The position numbers were made by a program, and so were the translations under genes. Shown here in pieces: positions 31,320 to 41,535 of a stretch of DNA of 64,000 bases. Origin of the DNA: an uncultured Gemmatimonadaceae bacterium. GTDB taxonomy: Bacteria > Gemmatimonadota > Gemmatimonadetes > Gemmatimonadales > Gemmatimonadaceae. Location of the stretch: contig CAWAGQ010000012.1 of the NCBI GenBank assembly GCA_963781585.1, positions 14,307 to 78,306 on the forward strand, read 5' to 3'. The notes under the pieces are model-generated. The model made no database searches, was not told the DNA's origin, and worked only from the letters and a program-made list of their open reading frames with translations. Positions within the stretch are counted from its first letter, which is position 1. Every line of letters begins with the position of its first letter.

Positions 31320-32105
31320 CTACCTGGTGGAGTGTTCGCGGCGCGGCGGCAGGAAACTCATGCCGAACGTCACGGTGTTGTTCGCCTCCACAGCCAATCC
31401 GTCGCTCTTGAGGGAAAGCTGCTCGAGGAATCCCACCTCGCCGCGCCAGTCCGACGAGAAGCGCCACCCGATGGCCGCCGACGTGCGGTTCTGGTCGAAA
31501 ACGTTGTTCTTCACGTTCGCCCCGAAGCTGACGAAGATCTCCTCGGACGCGGTGAGGTACGGCTGATGCACGGCGACCGTCGTTCCATGCCAAGGAAGCG
31601 TCGCCCGGATCTGGTACCGGGCACGCGACGTCCGCACCCAGTGGTCGATGTGGTGATCGGTGGTATCGACCCCGCGCCGTCCCTGCCAGCGCTGTTCCAG
31701 GCGATAGCGGTGGACCAGCGCCACCCGGCCGACCGTCTGCAGCAGCAGGACCTGCTGCCACGTCCGCCGTTCCGGATACGCGTAGGCAACGGGCAGCTTA
31801 CCGTATGGCCACGACTCGGCGAGGTTGGCGCCGGCGGCAACGCGAAGGGCCGAGGAGATCTCATATGAAAGGCCGCCGCGCACGAACGCGGCCTGCCACT
31901 GGTCGAGGGGTCCGGAGCGCCGCACCGACGCATCGAACAGGGAGCCCCACCGCGCACCGAAGGGCAGCTCGCCCGACACTGTGTACCAGCTGTTCCAGTT
32001 CGACAAGGTGTGGCGCTGTCCCTCGGCGGGGCGAGCGGCGAGTGAGAGCGATACGGCGGCGAGAACCCAGTGGCGCGCGCTGCGGACGCGTATCGAGAAG
32101 TGCAC
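31320..32105 (-). CDS. DUF2490-like outer-membrane protein (start approximate)
   Basis: ERRTWQQ, HRYRLEQRW, RARY, EEIF, FDQNR motifs. Confidence 0.8.
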   Translation of the reverse strand: MHFSIRVRSARHWVLAAVSLSLAARPAEGQRHTLSNWNSWYTVSGELPFGARWGSLFDASVRRSGPLDQWQAAFVRGGLSYEISSALRVAAGANLAESWPYGKLPVAYAYPERRTWQQVLLLQTVGRVALVHRYRLEQRWQGRRGVDTTDHHIDHWVRTSRARYQIRATLPWHGTTVAVHQPYLTASEEIFVSFGANVKNNVFDQNRTSAAIGWRFSSDWRGEVGFLEQLSLKSDGLAVEANNTVTFGMSFLPPRREHSTR

Positions 32106-32236
32106 GGAATTCGAAAGAAGGATGAGACCACACGTACCGGAAGTCCGACGATGGATCCACGGGAGACCAGACTGGGTCCAGAAGCCACGGGCCAGAAGTC
32201 CGGAGGCGAGAGTGCGGCCTCGGGGCTCGCCCGCGC

Positions 32237-32725
32237 TCAGCTCCTCACCAGCTTCACGGCCGCGATCACCACGATGATCGCCGCCAGCGCGCCGGCCCGC
32301 GCCGAGAGGACGAGCCACCGCCTGCGTCGCGGCCAATCCGGGGACGACTCAAGCGCCCGCACCCGGCCGGGCGACAACGCGACGTCGTGCACCGCGGAAA
32401 GTACGATCATGACCGCCACCGCGCTGAGCTTCCACGCGAAGGCGGTGCCGGCCGGGGTGGCCCAGAACGCGCGCCGTCCCAGCACCTGCCACGTGAGCCA
32501 CCCGCGCAGGGACAGCATCCACGTCCCGGTCGCCAGCAGCAGCCCGACGGCGCCCCAGCCCAGATACCGGAAGCGCAGTCCCAGCGCCTCGAAGAGCTCC
32601 GCTCGAAGGGATTCCGGCTCCACGCGTCGCAACACCGGTGCACCAGCGACCGAGAGGAAGATCATTCCGCCGATCCAGGTCATGGCGGACAGCACGTGAA
32701 TGGTGACAAGTATCAGGTAGGTCAC
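32237..32725 (-). CDS. CopD/DUF4149-like membrane protein
   Basis: IHVLSAMTWIGGMIF, LLATG, KL...HD motifs; 4 TM segments. Confidence 0.75.
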   Translation of the reverse strand: MTYLILVTIHVLSAMTWIGGMIFLSVAGAPVLRRVEPESLRAELFEALGLRFRYLGWGAVGLLLATGTWMLSLRGWLTWQVLGRRAFWATPAGTAFAWKLSAVAVMIVLSAVHDVALSPGRVRALESSPDWPRRRRWLVLSARAGALAAIIVVIAAVKLVRS

Positions 32726-32915
32726 CGGGGGACGAGCCCCGCGCCGAGGGCCACAGGCCAAAGGCCAAAGGCCACGGGCCATAGGGCAGTCATGAGCGGT
32801 ACGCCCTGACCTGTGAGCTATGAACCGCTGGTCTGTCCCTCATATCTTGGAGCACCTCGACCGCATTCTTCCGTAGCGGAGCTGCAATCTAGCCCCAACG
32901 CAAACCCACGCGATC

Positions 32916-33731
32916 ATGGCGATCATGCTCCTCAAACCAGTGACGTCCGAGACTCCGCTCGGCCTCTCCGACCGGGCAGCCAGACCACCGCGGGGATTAA
33001 CGCGCGGTGCGGAACTCAAGGCGGCAACGGCGGCGGAGGTCGAGAAGCTGGGCAAGCTGCAGAACGCCCTGTTCGCCGACAAGCGGTTCGCGCTGCTGAT
33101 TGTGCTGCAAGGCCGTGACGCCGCCGGCAAGGACGGCACCATCAAGCACGTGTTCGACGGCTGCAACCCGATGGGGTGCCGGGTGACCAGCTTCGGTGTG
33201 CCGACTGACTTGGAGCTCAAACACGACTACCTCTGGCGGGTGCACGATGCCGTTCCTCCTCGCGGATACATCGGCATCTTCAACCGCTCCCACTACGAGG
33301 ACGTGCTGGTGGTTCGGGTCCATCGCCTTGCGCCGCGCGCGGTCTGGCGTGAGCGTTACGCGCAGATCAACGATTTCGAGCGCATGCTCACGCGCAACGG
33401 CGTGATCATTCTCAAGTTCTACCTGCACGTGTCGCGCGACGAACAGCGCGAGCGTCTCGACGAGCGTCTCCGGGACCCGGAGAAGAACTGGAAATTCCGG
33501 GTTGGCGATCTGGACGATCGACGCGCGTGGAACGACTACACGCGGGCGTACCGCGACGCGCTGCGCAAGTGCAGCACTCCGTGGGCGCCATGGTTCGTGG
33601 TGCCGGCCGACAGCAAGCCGGTGCGGAACCACCTCGTGACGGCGACGATCAATCGCGCGCTGCACCGGCTGCACCTCCGATATCCGCGCGCCGCGAAGGA
33701 GGTGCTGGCGCTGAAGGGAAAGATCCGCTGA
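32916..33731 (+). CDS. ppk2: polyphosphate kinase 2 family protein
   Basis: QGRDAAGKDG, HDYLWR, FNRSHYEDVLV, KNWKF, APWFVVPADSK. Confidence 0.95.
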   Translation: MAIMLLKPVTSETPLGLSDRAARPPRGLTRGAELKAATAAEVEKLGKLQNALFADKRFALLIVLQGRDAAGKDGTIKHVFDGCNPMGCRVTSFGVPTDLELKHDYLWRVHDAVPPRGYIGIFNRSHYEDVLVVRVHRLAPRAVWRERYAQINDFERMLTRNGVIILKFYLHVSRDEQRERLDERLRDPEKNWKFRVGDLDDRRAWNDYTRAYRDALRKCSTPWAPWFVVPADSKPVRNHLVTATINRALHRLHLRYPRAAKEVLALKGKIR

Positions 33732-33790
33732 GGTTCAGGCCACCCGGCGAGCGCCGCGCGGCCAGTCATCCCCACCGCTCGCCAACGTCG

Positions 33791-36260
33791 CTATTCGAAG
33801 CGCAGCGCCACGATCGGGTCCACCCTGAGTCGCGCGTCTGGCCGGGAAATAGCTGGCGAGCGCCGCCACCACTGCGAGAAAGATGGCGACGCCGGCAAAG
33901 CTCATCGGATCGGTGGGCGACACGCCGATGAGCAGGCTCTTCACCACGCGCGTGACACCGAACGCACCGACGATGCCGAGGGCGATGCCGATCGCCGGCC
34001 AGGGTCATGCCCTGTCGGACGACCATGTTGATCACGTGACGCCGCTGGGCGCCGAGCGCCACGCGGACGCCGATCTCCTGCGTGCGCTGCGACACGCCGT
34101 AGGAGATGACGCCGTACACGCCCACGGCCGCCAGCACCAGCGCGATGCCGCCGAACGTCGAGAACATCATCCCGAACAACCCGTACTCCCAGATGCTGAG
34201 CGAACGCACCTTGTCCTCGGTGAGCACCCTGGACACTGGAATGGCCGGGATCGGCAGCCCGGATCTGATCCCGCACCGAGCGCGTGATGGCTGACCGGGT
34301 CGCCCGATCGCACGCCGCACCATGAGGCCGTTGTTGCGCCCCACCTGGAAGACGGTAGGGGGAGATAGGCGGTGGCCGGGATGGTCCCCTCGCTCGTCGA
34401 GCGGGAGTAACGCGGATGTCGGGGGCACGACTCCGATCACCGGAATACCACGTCCGCGACGAATCGCTGGCCATCCGGAAGCGACGGCCGATGGGATTCT
34501 CGTTCAGGCCACATCGCCCGCACCATGCTGTTGCTCACGACCGCCACCGGCGACGCTGTCGCTCTGCTCGGCGTCGGAGAACGGCGCGACCGGCCAGGAG
34601 GTGCACGCCGAGCGTTTCGAACCAGCCGTTGGCGACACGGCTGCCCAGGAGAGGCCCGGCGCGCGCTCGTCGGGCCCCAGCTCCCGCCCGTCGATCACGT
34701 ATCCGTCGCCGGACAGCCCGCCGCCCAGCGGAATCAGGGTCGAAACAGTCGGCCGCCTCCGCGCCGGGAAGCGCCTGCACGCGACGCAGGACGTCCTCCA
34801 CGCGCTGGCGGCGGACCGCGGCGCTGTCGTACGTGTGTCCGGCGAGATAGAACCGCATCGTCATGATCCGCGACGTGATCGAAGCCGAGCTGGGTTCGCT
34901 GCATCAGCGCGAAGCTGCGCACGAAGAGCGACGCGCCGATCAGCAGCACCAGCGCCAGGGCGATCTCGACCACCACCAGCGCGCTGCGCAGCCGGTTCTT
35001 GCGCACGCCGGCCCCCGTGCCGCGCCCGCCCTCCTTGAGCGCTTCGTGCAAATCGCCCGCGCGCCGCCTGGAGCGCCGGGGCCAGCCCGAACAGCAAACC
35101 GGCCAGCACCGACACCCCCAGCCGTGTACAGCAGGGTCGGTCGTGTCGAGCGACCAGTGCATGTACGTATGGTATCGGGTCCTCGGGCGGTATCCCCAGT
35201 GCGACCAGCTCGAAGCCCGGCCCACGTGAGCGGAACGCGCGACGACCCCCGCCGCCAACTGCCACCAGCACCGACTCCGTGAGCAGCTGCCTGACGATCC
35301 GTCCGCGCCCGGCACCGATCGCGGCGCGAACGGCGATCTCGCGCTCGCCGCGCCGTGGCCCGGGTCAGAAGAAGATTCGCAACGTTGGCGCACGCGATGA
35401 GCAGCACGAAGACCACCGCCCCGTACATCGCAGTGACGATGGTCCGCACCTCGGGATCGATGAACCGGTCGCTGAGCTGACGTGACGTTGCCCACCAGAT
35501 TGTCCTCGCGCAGGCCGTACTGCGCGCTTCACGCGCTGAGATACCGCGGCGACGTCGCGATCGGCCTGCGGCCACGGTCATCCCTGGCGCCAGGCGCCCG
35601 TAAGCCTCCGTCGTGCGTCCACTCGCGGTCCTCGGCGCTCGCGATTGGCGCGAGCGGGAATCCACAGATCGGCGTCCTCCGGGAACTTGAAGCGCGGCGG
35701 CATGACACCGACCACCGTGTACGGATTGTCGTTCACCGAGATGACGCGGCCCACGACCGCCGCTGTCGCCGGCATATCGCCGATGCCAGACCTCGTCGCT
35801 CAACAGGATCACCCCCGGCGCGTCCCGGCTTGTCCTCATCGGGCCGGAACAGCCGGCCGATCTGCGGCCGGATGCCCAGCATCGGGAAAGAGGTTCGCCG
35901 TCACTGCGCCTCGCCGTTCAGCCGCTCCGGCTCCTCGCCCTCGGTGATCGAGAGGCTCCGGCCCGACGCCGCCCCCATGTCGGACGAGTGTGCGTGTCTG
36001 CGCCCTCCAGTCGAGATAGTTGAGGTAGGAGATCGACTGTCCAGCCGCCGGCTCGTTCGGATTCCGCTCGCGCAGGTAGACCACAGCGCGATCGGGTCGG
36101 TGAACGGCAGCGGGCGGAGCAGGATCGCGTTGAGGATCGAGAAGAGCGTGGTATTGGTGGCGATCCCCAGGGCCAGACACACGACCGCGATTGCCGTGAA
36201 TGCCGGGCTCTTGCGCAGCGTGCGCGCGGCAAAGCGGAGGTCCTGAAGGAGTCGTTCCAT
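33791..36260 (-). CDS. ABC transporter permease, duplicated MacB/FtsX type (many frameshifts)
   Basis: [69 protein letters not shown]. Confidence 0.9.
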
Positions 36261-36375
36261 GCGAATAGGCCGAAGGTCAGAGGCCATAGGCCATGGGCCA
36301 TGGGCCATACCCGCCAGTTCATCACGACAGCCGGGGCCCTACGAAGGGACGGCGAGGCCGGATTCACCGAGGAGC

Positions 36376-36437
36376 TGGAAAATGGGGTCAGAGTCGACTT
36401 TCGGAGGCGAAAAATTCGACTCTGACCCCATTTTCCA
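36376..36437. repeat. 22-bp perfect inverted repeat (REP/MITE-like palindrome)
   Basis: tggaaaatggggtcagagtcga N18 tcgactctgaccccattttcca between divergent genes; decayed relative at 29763-29813. Confidence 0.8.
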
Positions 36438-36561
36438 ACTGAGCGACAAGTGTAGTAAACCCTCCGCGTTCCGAGCGCGACTAACCCTCCGGATTCGCTC
36501 TCTAACCGCTGCCGATCGGCCGGTGCAGCCGGCCGATGCCCTTCCCTCCGGAGATTCCGCA

Positions 36562-37749
36562 ATGCCGTGGCTCTCCCGTCTCCCGTCGCTGATGTTTGCC
36601 CTCCTTCTCGCCGCCCCGCTGCCGGCGCTGGCCCAGAACGTCCCCGTGAAGACGCTCACCAAACCCGACGCCGAATACAGCGAGCCCTTTACCCAGATCA
36701 CCGGGCTGCGCGAATTGCGGGACGGCCGGGTGGTGGTCGCCGACCTCCGCGACAAGGTGGTCGAGGCGGTGGACTTCAAGGCCGGGAGCGCGGTCAAGAT
36801 CGGGCGCGAAGGATCGGGGCCGGGCGAGTACGCCCTGCCGAGGTCGGTGTTCCCGCTGCCCGGGGACTCGTCGGTGGTGGCGGATGCGCTCAACCGGCGC
36901 CTTCTGGTGGTCCTGCCTGACGCGAAACCCGGTGGTTTCATCGGACTCAATTCCGGTGGGGGCGGCAGGGGAGGCATGATCATCAGCGGTTCGTCGGTCG
37001 CGGCGATCGACGCCCGCGGGCGATTCTACTCGCAGGGCCCGCCGATCCGGATGGTCAATGGCGCGCCGCAGACCTCCGACTCCACTCCCATCGAGCGCTG
37101 GGATCGCGCCACGAACAAACGCGACACGCTGGCCTGGCTCCAGACGCCGAAGGGATCGGCGCAGGTGAGCGGCAGCAAGGGCAACATGTCGGTCCGGATT
37201 GGTGCCGCGAACCCGTTCTCGCCCCAGGACCAGTGGGCGGTGGCCCCCGACGGACGCGTGGCGGTCGTCCACGCCGATGACTACTACGTCGACTGGGTGG
37301 ACGCGGCTGGACACCGAACCTCCGCGCCGCCGATCCGGTTCGACCGCCTCAAGGTCACCGAAGGCCACAAGCAGGAGTGGCGTGACGGCATGAAGTCGGC
37401 CACCGGCATCATGGTGACCAACAACAACGGGAAGCAGTCGGCGCAGGCCGTTCCGATGCGGAACGTCCAGGATCCCCCGGACTGGCCGGAGTACATGCCT
37501 CCGTTCCTCACGAACGCAGTGTCGTTTGCGAACGACGGCACCCTCTGGGTCAAGCGGACGACGGTGGCCGGCGCCCCGCCGACCTACGACCTGATCGACG
37601 GCGCGGGCAGGGTGACCCAGCACGTCGTGTTCCCGAAACGCACCAAGTTGGTGGGATTCGGGAATGGCACGGTCTATCTCGTGCGGCTCGACGAGGACGA
37701 CCTGGAGTACCTGCAGCGCTACCGTTTCACGCCGGCGGAACGACCGTAG
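36562..37749 (+). CDS. secreted 6-bladed beta-propeller protein
   Basis: Signal peptide; ELRDGRVVVAD, IGREGSGPGEY, DGTLWV, DEDDLEYLQRY. Confidence 0.8.
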   Translation: MPWLSRLPSLMFALLLAAPLPALAQNVPVKTLTKPDAEYSEPFTQITGLRELRDGRVVVADLRDKVVEAVDFKAGSAVKIGREGSGPGEYALPRSVFPLPGDSSVVADALNRRLLVVLPDAKPGGFIGLNSGGGGRGGMIISGSSVAAIDARGRFYSQGPPIRMVNGAPQTSDSTPIERWDRATNKRDTLAWLQTPKGSAQVSGSKGNMSVRIGAANPFSPQDQWAVAPDGRVAVVHADDYYVDWVDAAGHRTSAPPIRFDRLKVTEGHKQEWRDGMKSATGIMVTNNNGKQSAQAVPMRNVQDPPDWPEYMPPFLTNAVSFANDGTLWVKRTTVAGAPPTYDLIDGAGRVTQHVVFPKRTKLVGFGNGTVYLVRLDEDDLEYLQRYRFTPAERP

Positions 37750-37765
37750 AACCGGAGGGGCGCGC

Positions 37766-38841
37766 TTACGGCGCTCCGTGCTTCAACCAGATCACCACGG
37801 CGCGAGCGATGTCATCCATCGGCACGCGCTGTGAGCTCGCCCCCGCACCAAGGCCGACGTTATATCCGCTCGAACCACGCGATACGGCGTGCTGGGGACG
37901 GCCACCATTGCCGCACACGCCGCCGCGCGGCCAGCGTTTCGCGAGGGTGTTGGTGAAGTCGGCGCGCAGACCGTACACTTCCACCGCCTCGACCTCCTCG
38001 GCGGTGAAGTCATCCAGCACGGTCAGCGGTCGCGGCAGGCCATCGACATAGACGCACGTGATGGCGTCGTCGATCACGAGGCCGCTGAGCATGAATGCGG
38101 GGGAGTAACGCAGCGCCGTCGCCAGTCCCGCCTTCAGGTGACCGGCCAGCTCCTGGCGCGGTATGACGGCCGCGCGTGACTTCACCCCCCACTGCATCCG
38201 CTCGTCGAATTCGCGGAGCGGCATCTCCAGGGCCTTGTCGCGGCTCTTCCCCGAGTCCAGCGCCACCGCCAGCTCGATGCCTCCGTCGCGCGGCACCACG
38301 ACCGAGAGCATGCGGCTCACATAACCGTTACGCTTCGTGCGCACCACGTAGGCGCCGGCCGGGACCGTTGGGAAGTTGAAGTCCCCGGACGGGCCGGTCC
38401 TGGCCGTCACCCGGGCCCCGATCACATCGACTGCGGCGCCACCCAGCGGCTGGAGCCCCGGATGCTGGATCACCTTGCCGAAGATCCCGGTGCGCGAGGC
38501 GCGCACGGGAATGGTGTCGAGCCGCACGACCAGCTGGCGCATGACCACCGTGACATCGAGCCCTTCCGCGGGCACGTCGATGGTCCGTTCGTCCGGCTGG
38601 AAACCTAACGATAAAACGAGGAGCGTGTGTTGTCCGCGCGAGACACGGGTGAACCGGAAGCGGCCGCCGCTGTCGGCGCGCGTCCGCCGGGACGACGCGT
38701 CGCGGTCCAGCACCACCACGCATTCTGGAGCGCGCCCCCGGCCTCGTCGCGTACCGTTCCCGACACGACGCCGGGCGACTGCGCCCCGAGCGCGGCACCG
38801 GCCAGTATCACGGCGGTGCAGGCGATCGCGACTGGGCGCAC
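37766..38841 (-). CDS. secreted protein with tandem carboxypeptidase-regulatory-like domains (one frameshift near 38720)
   Basis: VSGTVRDEAG, ADSGGRFRF, LGFQP, TGPSGDFNF; C-terminal VYVDG...VEAVEVY plug-like motif. Confidence 0.75.
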
Positions 38842-38854
38842 GGCGCGCCCGATT

Positions 38855-40000
38855 TCAGTTGGGTCGCCGCAGCCGATACACCGCGACATGCGGTTCGCCA
38901 TCGCTGGCTTCATAGGCGCCGAGGATGTAGTCGTGACCCACCTCGTACGCCGTCAGGCCGACGGGGATCCGTACGTCCGCCACCACGCGCCCCGACGCGG
39001 TCACGGCCCGAAGGCGCGTGTCGGCATCCCCCGGAGCCGACAGCACCGCCCAGAGCAGGCCGTCGCTGTCGGCAAATAGAGCCGTATACGGCGGCAGGAA
39101 CTCGGGCATCGGCGCCTCCAGCATCTGCGAGGAGATCGACTGGCGCATCGCCGCCGGGAACATCGACGCCATGTCGTTCACAGCGCGTTCGTAGTTTGCC
39201 CGCGTCGCACGCCGCGGAGCGATCCCGAACGAAACCGCTCCAAGGGATTGCCCGGCGGGCGAGTATACGTCGACCGTCCCCGAATCAGCCGTGCCGATGT
39301 AGACGCGGTCGCCGGACAGCGCCAGGCTGGTCGCGCGTCCCAGCGGGCGAAAGCCGCCGCCCCGTGGACCGCCGCGCCGCCCCGTCAGAATCATCTCGCC
39401 GCTCGCAACTTCGCCCAGCGAGCGCACCACGTTGCCGCTGGCGTCGCCAAGCGAGACGACCGCGTTTCCACGAATCACGCTCGAATCCGGCGTCACGATG
39501 GTCACCTGGCCGCGAGGGCTGCCCGGTGGCTGATAGATGAAGCGTCCGTCGCGCGAGCAGCTGATCGTGGTCGGCGCGGCGGCTCGCGCACCATCCGACG
39601 GGATGGCGTACTGCCTGACCACCGACCCGTTCGCCGAGAGCACCGTCATGCGCACGAGACCATAGTCCCACACGAAGATCGAATCGCGAGCGCACTGGCC
39701 GAGCCACATGATGAGCTGGAAGTCACCGGGGCCCTGTCCCTTTTGCCCAACCGAACGAACCAGCCTTCCGCTTCCATCGAAGAAACGAATCGCGCTCGCC
39801 AGTTGATCCGCGATCACGATCGTGCCGTCGGCGAGGCGCGTCCCCGCGACAGGGCGCTCGAGATTGATGGCGCCGTTGGCGCCGAGCCCGGGGATGTCCG
39901 CGAGCGGGGTGGGATCCACTACCCACCGCGGCTGGGACGCCAGCAACTCCGGCGCCAGCGAAAGGGCCAGTCCGAGGCAGAGCGCCCGAGGAAGTCGCAT
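38855..40000 (-). CDS. secreted 6-bladed beta-propeller protein
   Basis: Signal peptide; LADGTIVIAD, GQKGQGPGDF, DSDGLLW, HVAVYRL. Confidence 0.8.
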   Translation of the reverse strand: MRLPRALCLGLALSLAPELLASQPRWVVDPTPLADIPGLGANGAINLERPVAGTRLADGTIVIADQLASAIRFFDGSGRLVRSVGQKGQGPGDFQLIMWLGQCARDSIFVWDYGLVRMTVLSANGSVVRQYAIPSDGARAAAPTTISCSRDGRFIYQPPGSPRGQVTIVTPDSSVIRGNAVVSLGDASGNVVRSLGEVASGEMILTGRRGGPRGGGFRPLGRATSLALSGDRVYIGTADSGTVDVYSPAGQSLGAVSFGIAPRRATRANYERAVNDMASMFPAAMRQSISSQMLEAPMPEFLPPYTALFADSDGLLWAVLSAPGDADTRLRAVTASGRVVADVRIPVGLTAYEVGHDYILGAYEASDGEPHVAVYRLRRPN

Positions 40001-40198
40001 GCGGAAAACCCCGTCGAGGTGTGGTATGTCGCGCCGGAACGAACCATCTTACAGCTTCCTGGCGTGGGTGCGCCACGTCGGAGCGAACCTCCTCGAACGG
40101 ATCGCGCATAGGGCGCGCGACCCCTCTCACGGCAACCCTTTCCCCCGGTTCCGACGACAAAGGTAGTCAGTGGCCGGGCGCCGCCTATCTTGAGACAA

Positions 40199-41374
40199 AT
40201 GTCTCCTTCCGTCCATACGCCGCTCCGGCGGCTCCTGCTCGCGCTCTCGCTGCCCGCCGTGGTCGCGTGGGCCTGCTCCAGGAGTTCCGCCGCCAAAACG
40301 GACGGCGACTCGTCAGCCGCAGCATCGGACAGCGGCGGCGAGACCTCCGGCGCCCCGCGTCTGGCGCTCCCCGTAGCCGCCGCCAAGGTGCGCGAGGGCG
40401 ACCTCGTCCTGACCGTCACCACCACGGGCCAGGTGCGCTCGGAGAGCGAGGCGACGCTCAAGGCGGAGGTCGCGGGCACCGTGGACCGGGTCTTCGTGCG
40501 CGCCGGCGACCGGGTGCACAAGGGCGACACGCTGATTGCCCTCGACCCGCGTCCCCTCGATCTGGCCGTCGAGCAGGCGCAGGCCGCCGTGGCCGAGGCG
40601 CAGGTGCGGTACCGCGACTCGTACTTCCCCGACTCGTTCGTCACCGGCCGCATGCCGAGCGAAGAACAGCAGCGCATCTTCAGGGCGCGTTCCGGACTCC
40701 AGAGCGCGCAGGTCGCCCTCGAGCAGAAGAAGCTCGACCGCGAGCGGGCGACCGTTGCTGGCCCCATTCGACGGCATGGTGGACCAGGTCGCGGTGGCGC
40801 CCGGAACGCGGATCGGCGCCGGAGAGCTGGTCACGCGCGTGGTGAGCATAACCCAGCTGCGGGTGGAAGCTTCGGTGCTGGAGCACGACCTCCCGCTCAT
40901 CAAGGAAGGCGGCGAAGCGATCGTCACCAGCAGCGCGGCTCCGGACCATCCGATCATCGGGCGTATCGCCGCGGTGCTGCCAATGGTGGACACGACAACC
41001 CGCAGCGGGCGCGCGTATGTGCGCATTCCCCCCAACACGGTCCTGCGGCCGGGGATGTATGCCGACGTGCGGCTCGAGGCCAACCGCCTCACGCACCGGC
41101 GGCTGGTGCCGACGCGCGCGATCATCGAGCGCGACGGACGGCCGCTGGTGTTCGTGGTGAAGGACGGGACGTGCCCAGTGGGTCTACGTGAATCCGGGAC
41201 GATCCAACGGCACCGACACGGAGATCCTCCCCGACTCGGCATCGGGCGTCATTCCGGTGGCGGTCGGTGACCTGGTGGTCGTCGGAGGGACACCTCACGC
41301 TCACCCACGACGCCCCGGTGCGCGTGGTCAGCCCCGATACGGCCGCCGGTTCGGTGGGCGTGAAGAAGGAATGA
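40199..41374 (+). CDS. RND efflux periplasmic adaptor (MFP; frameshifted)
   Basis: AWAC lipobox-like start; EVAGTVDRVFVRAGDRVHKGD; APFDGMV; LRPGMYA. Confidence 0.9.
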
Positions 41375-41535
41375 CGGGTGGATGTCGTCGATCGGACCGC
41401 GATGGCGCATCCTGTGATCGCGGAGCGGCGCGGTGGTGCGCCTTCAGGTGATGCCCCGGCGACGGACGGGGCGCAGCGCCGGCGGACGTTCCGTCCGCTG
41501 ACCGGCTGACCCTCGATCCCGGCTTCCGGCACCCC

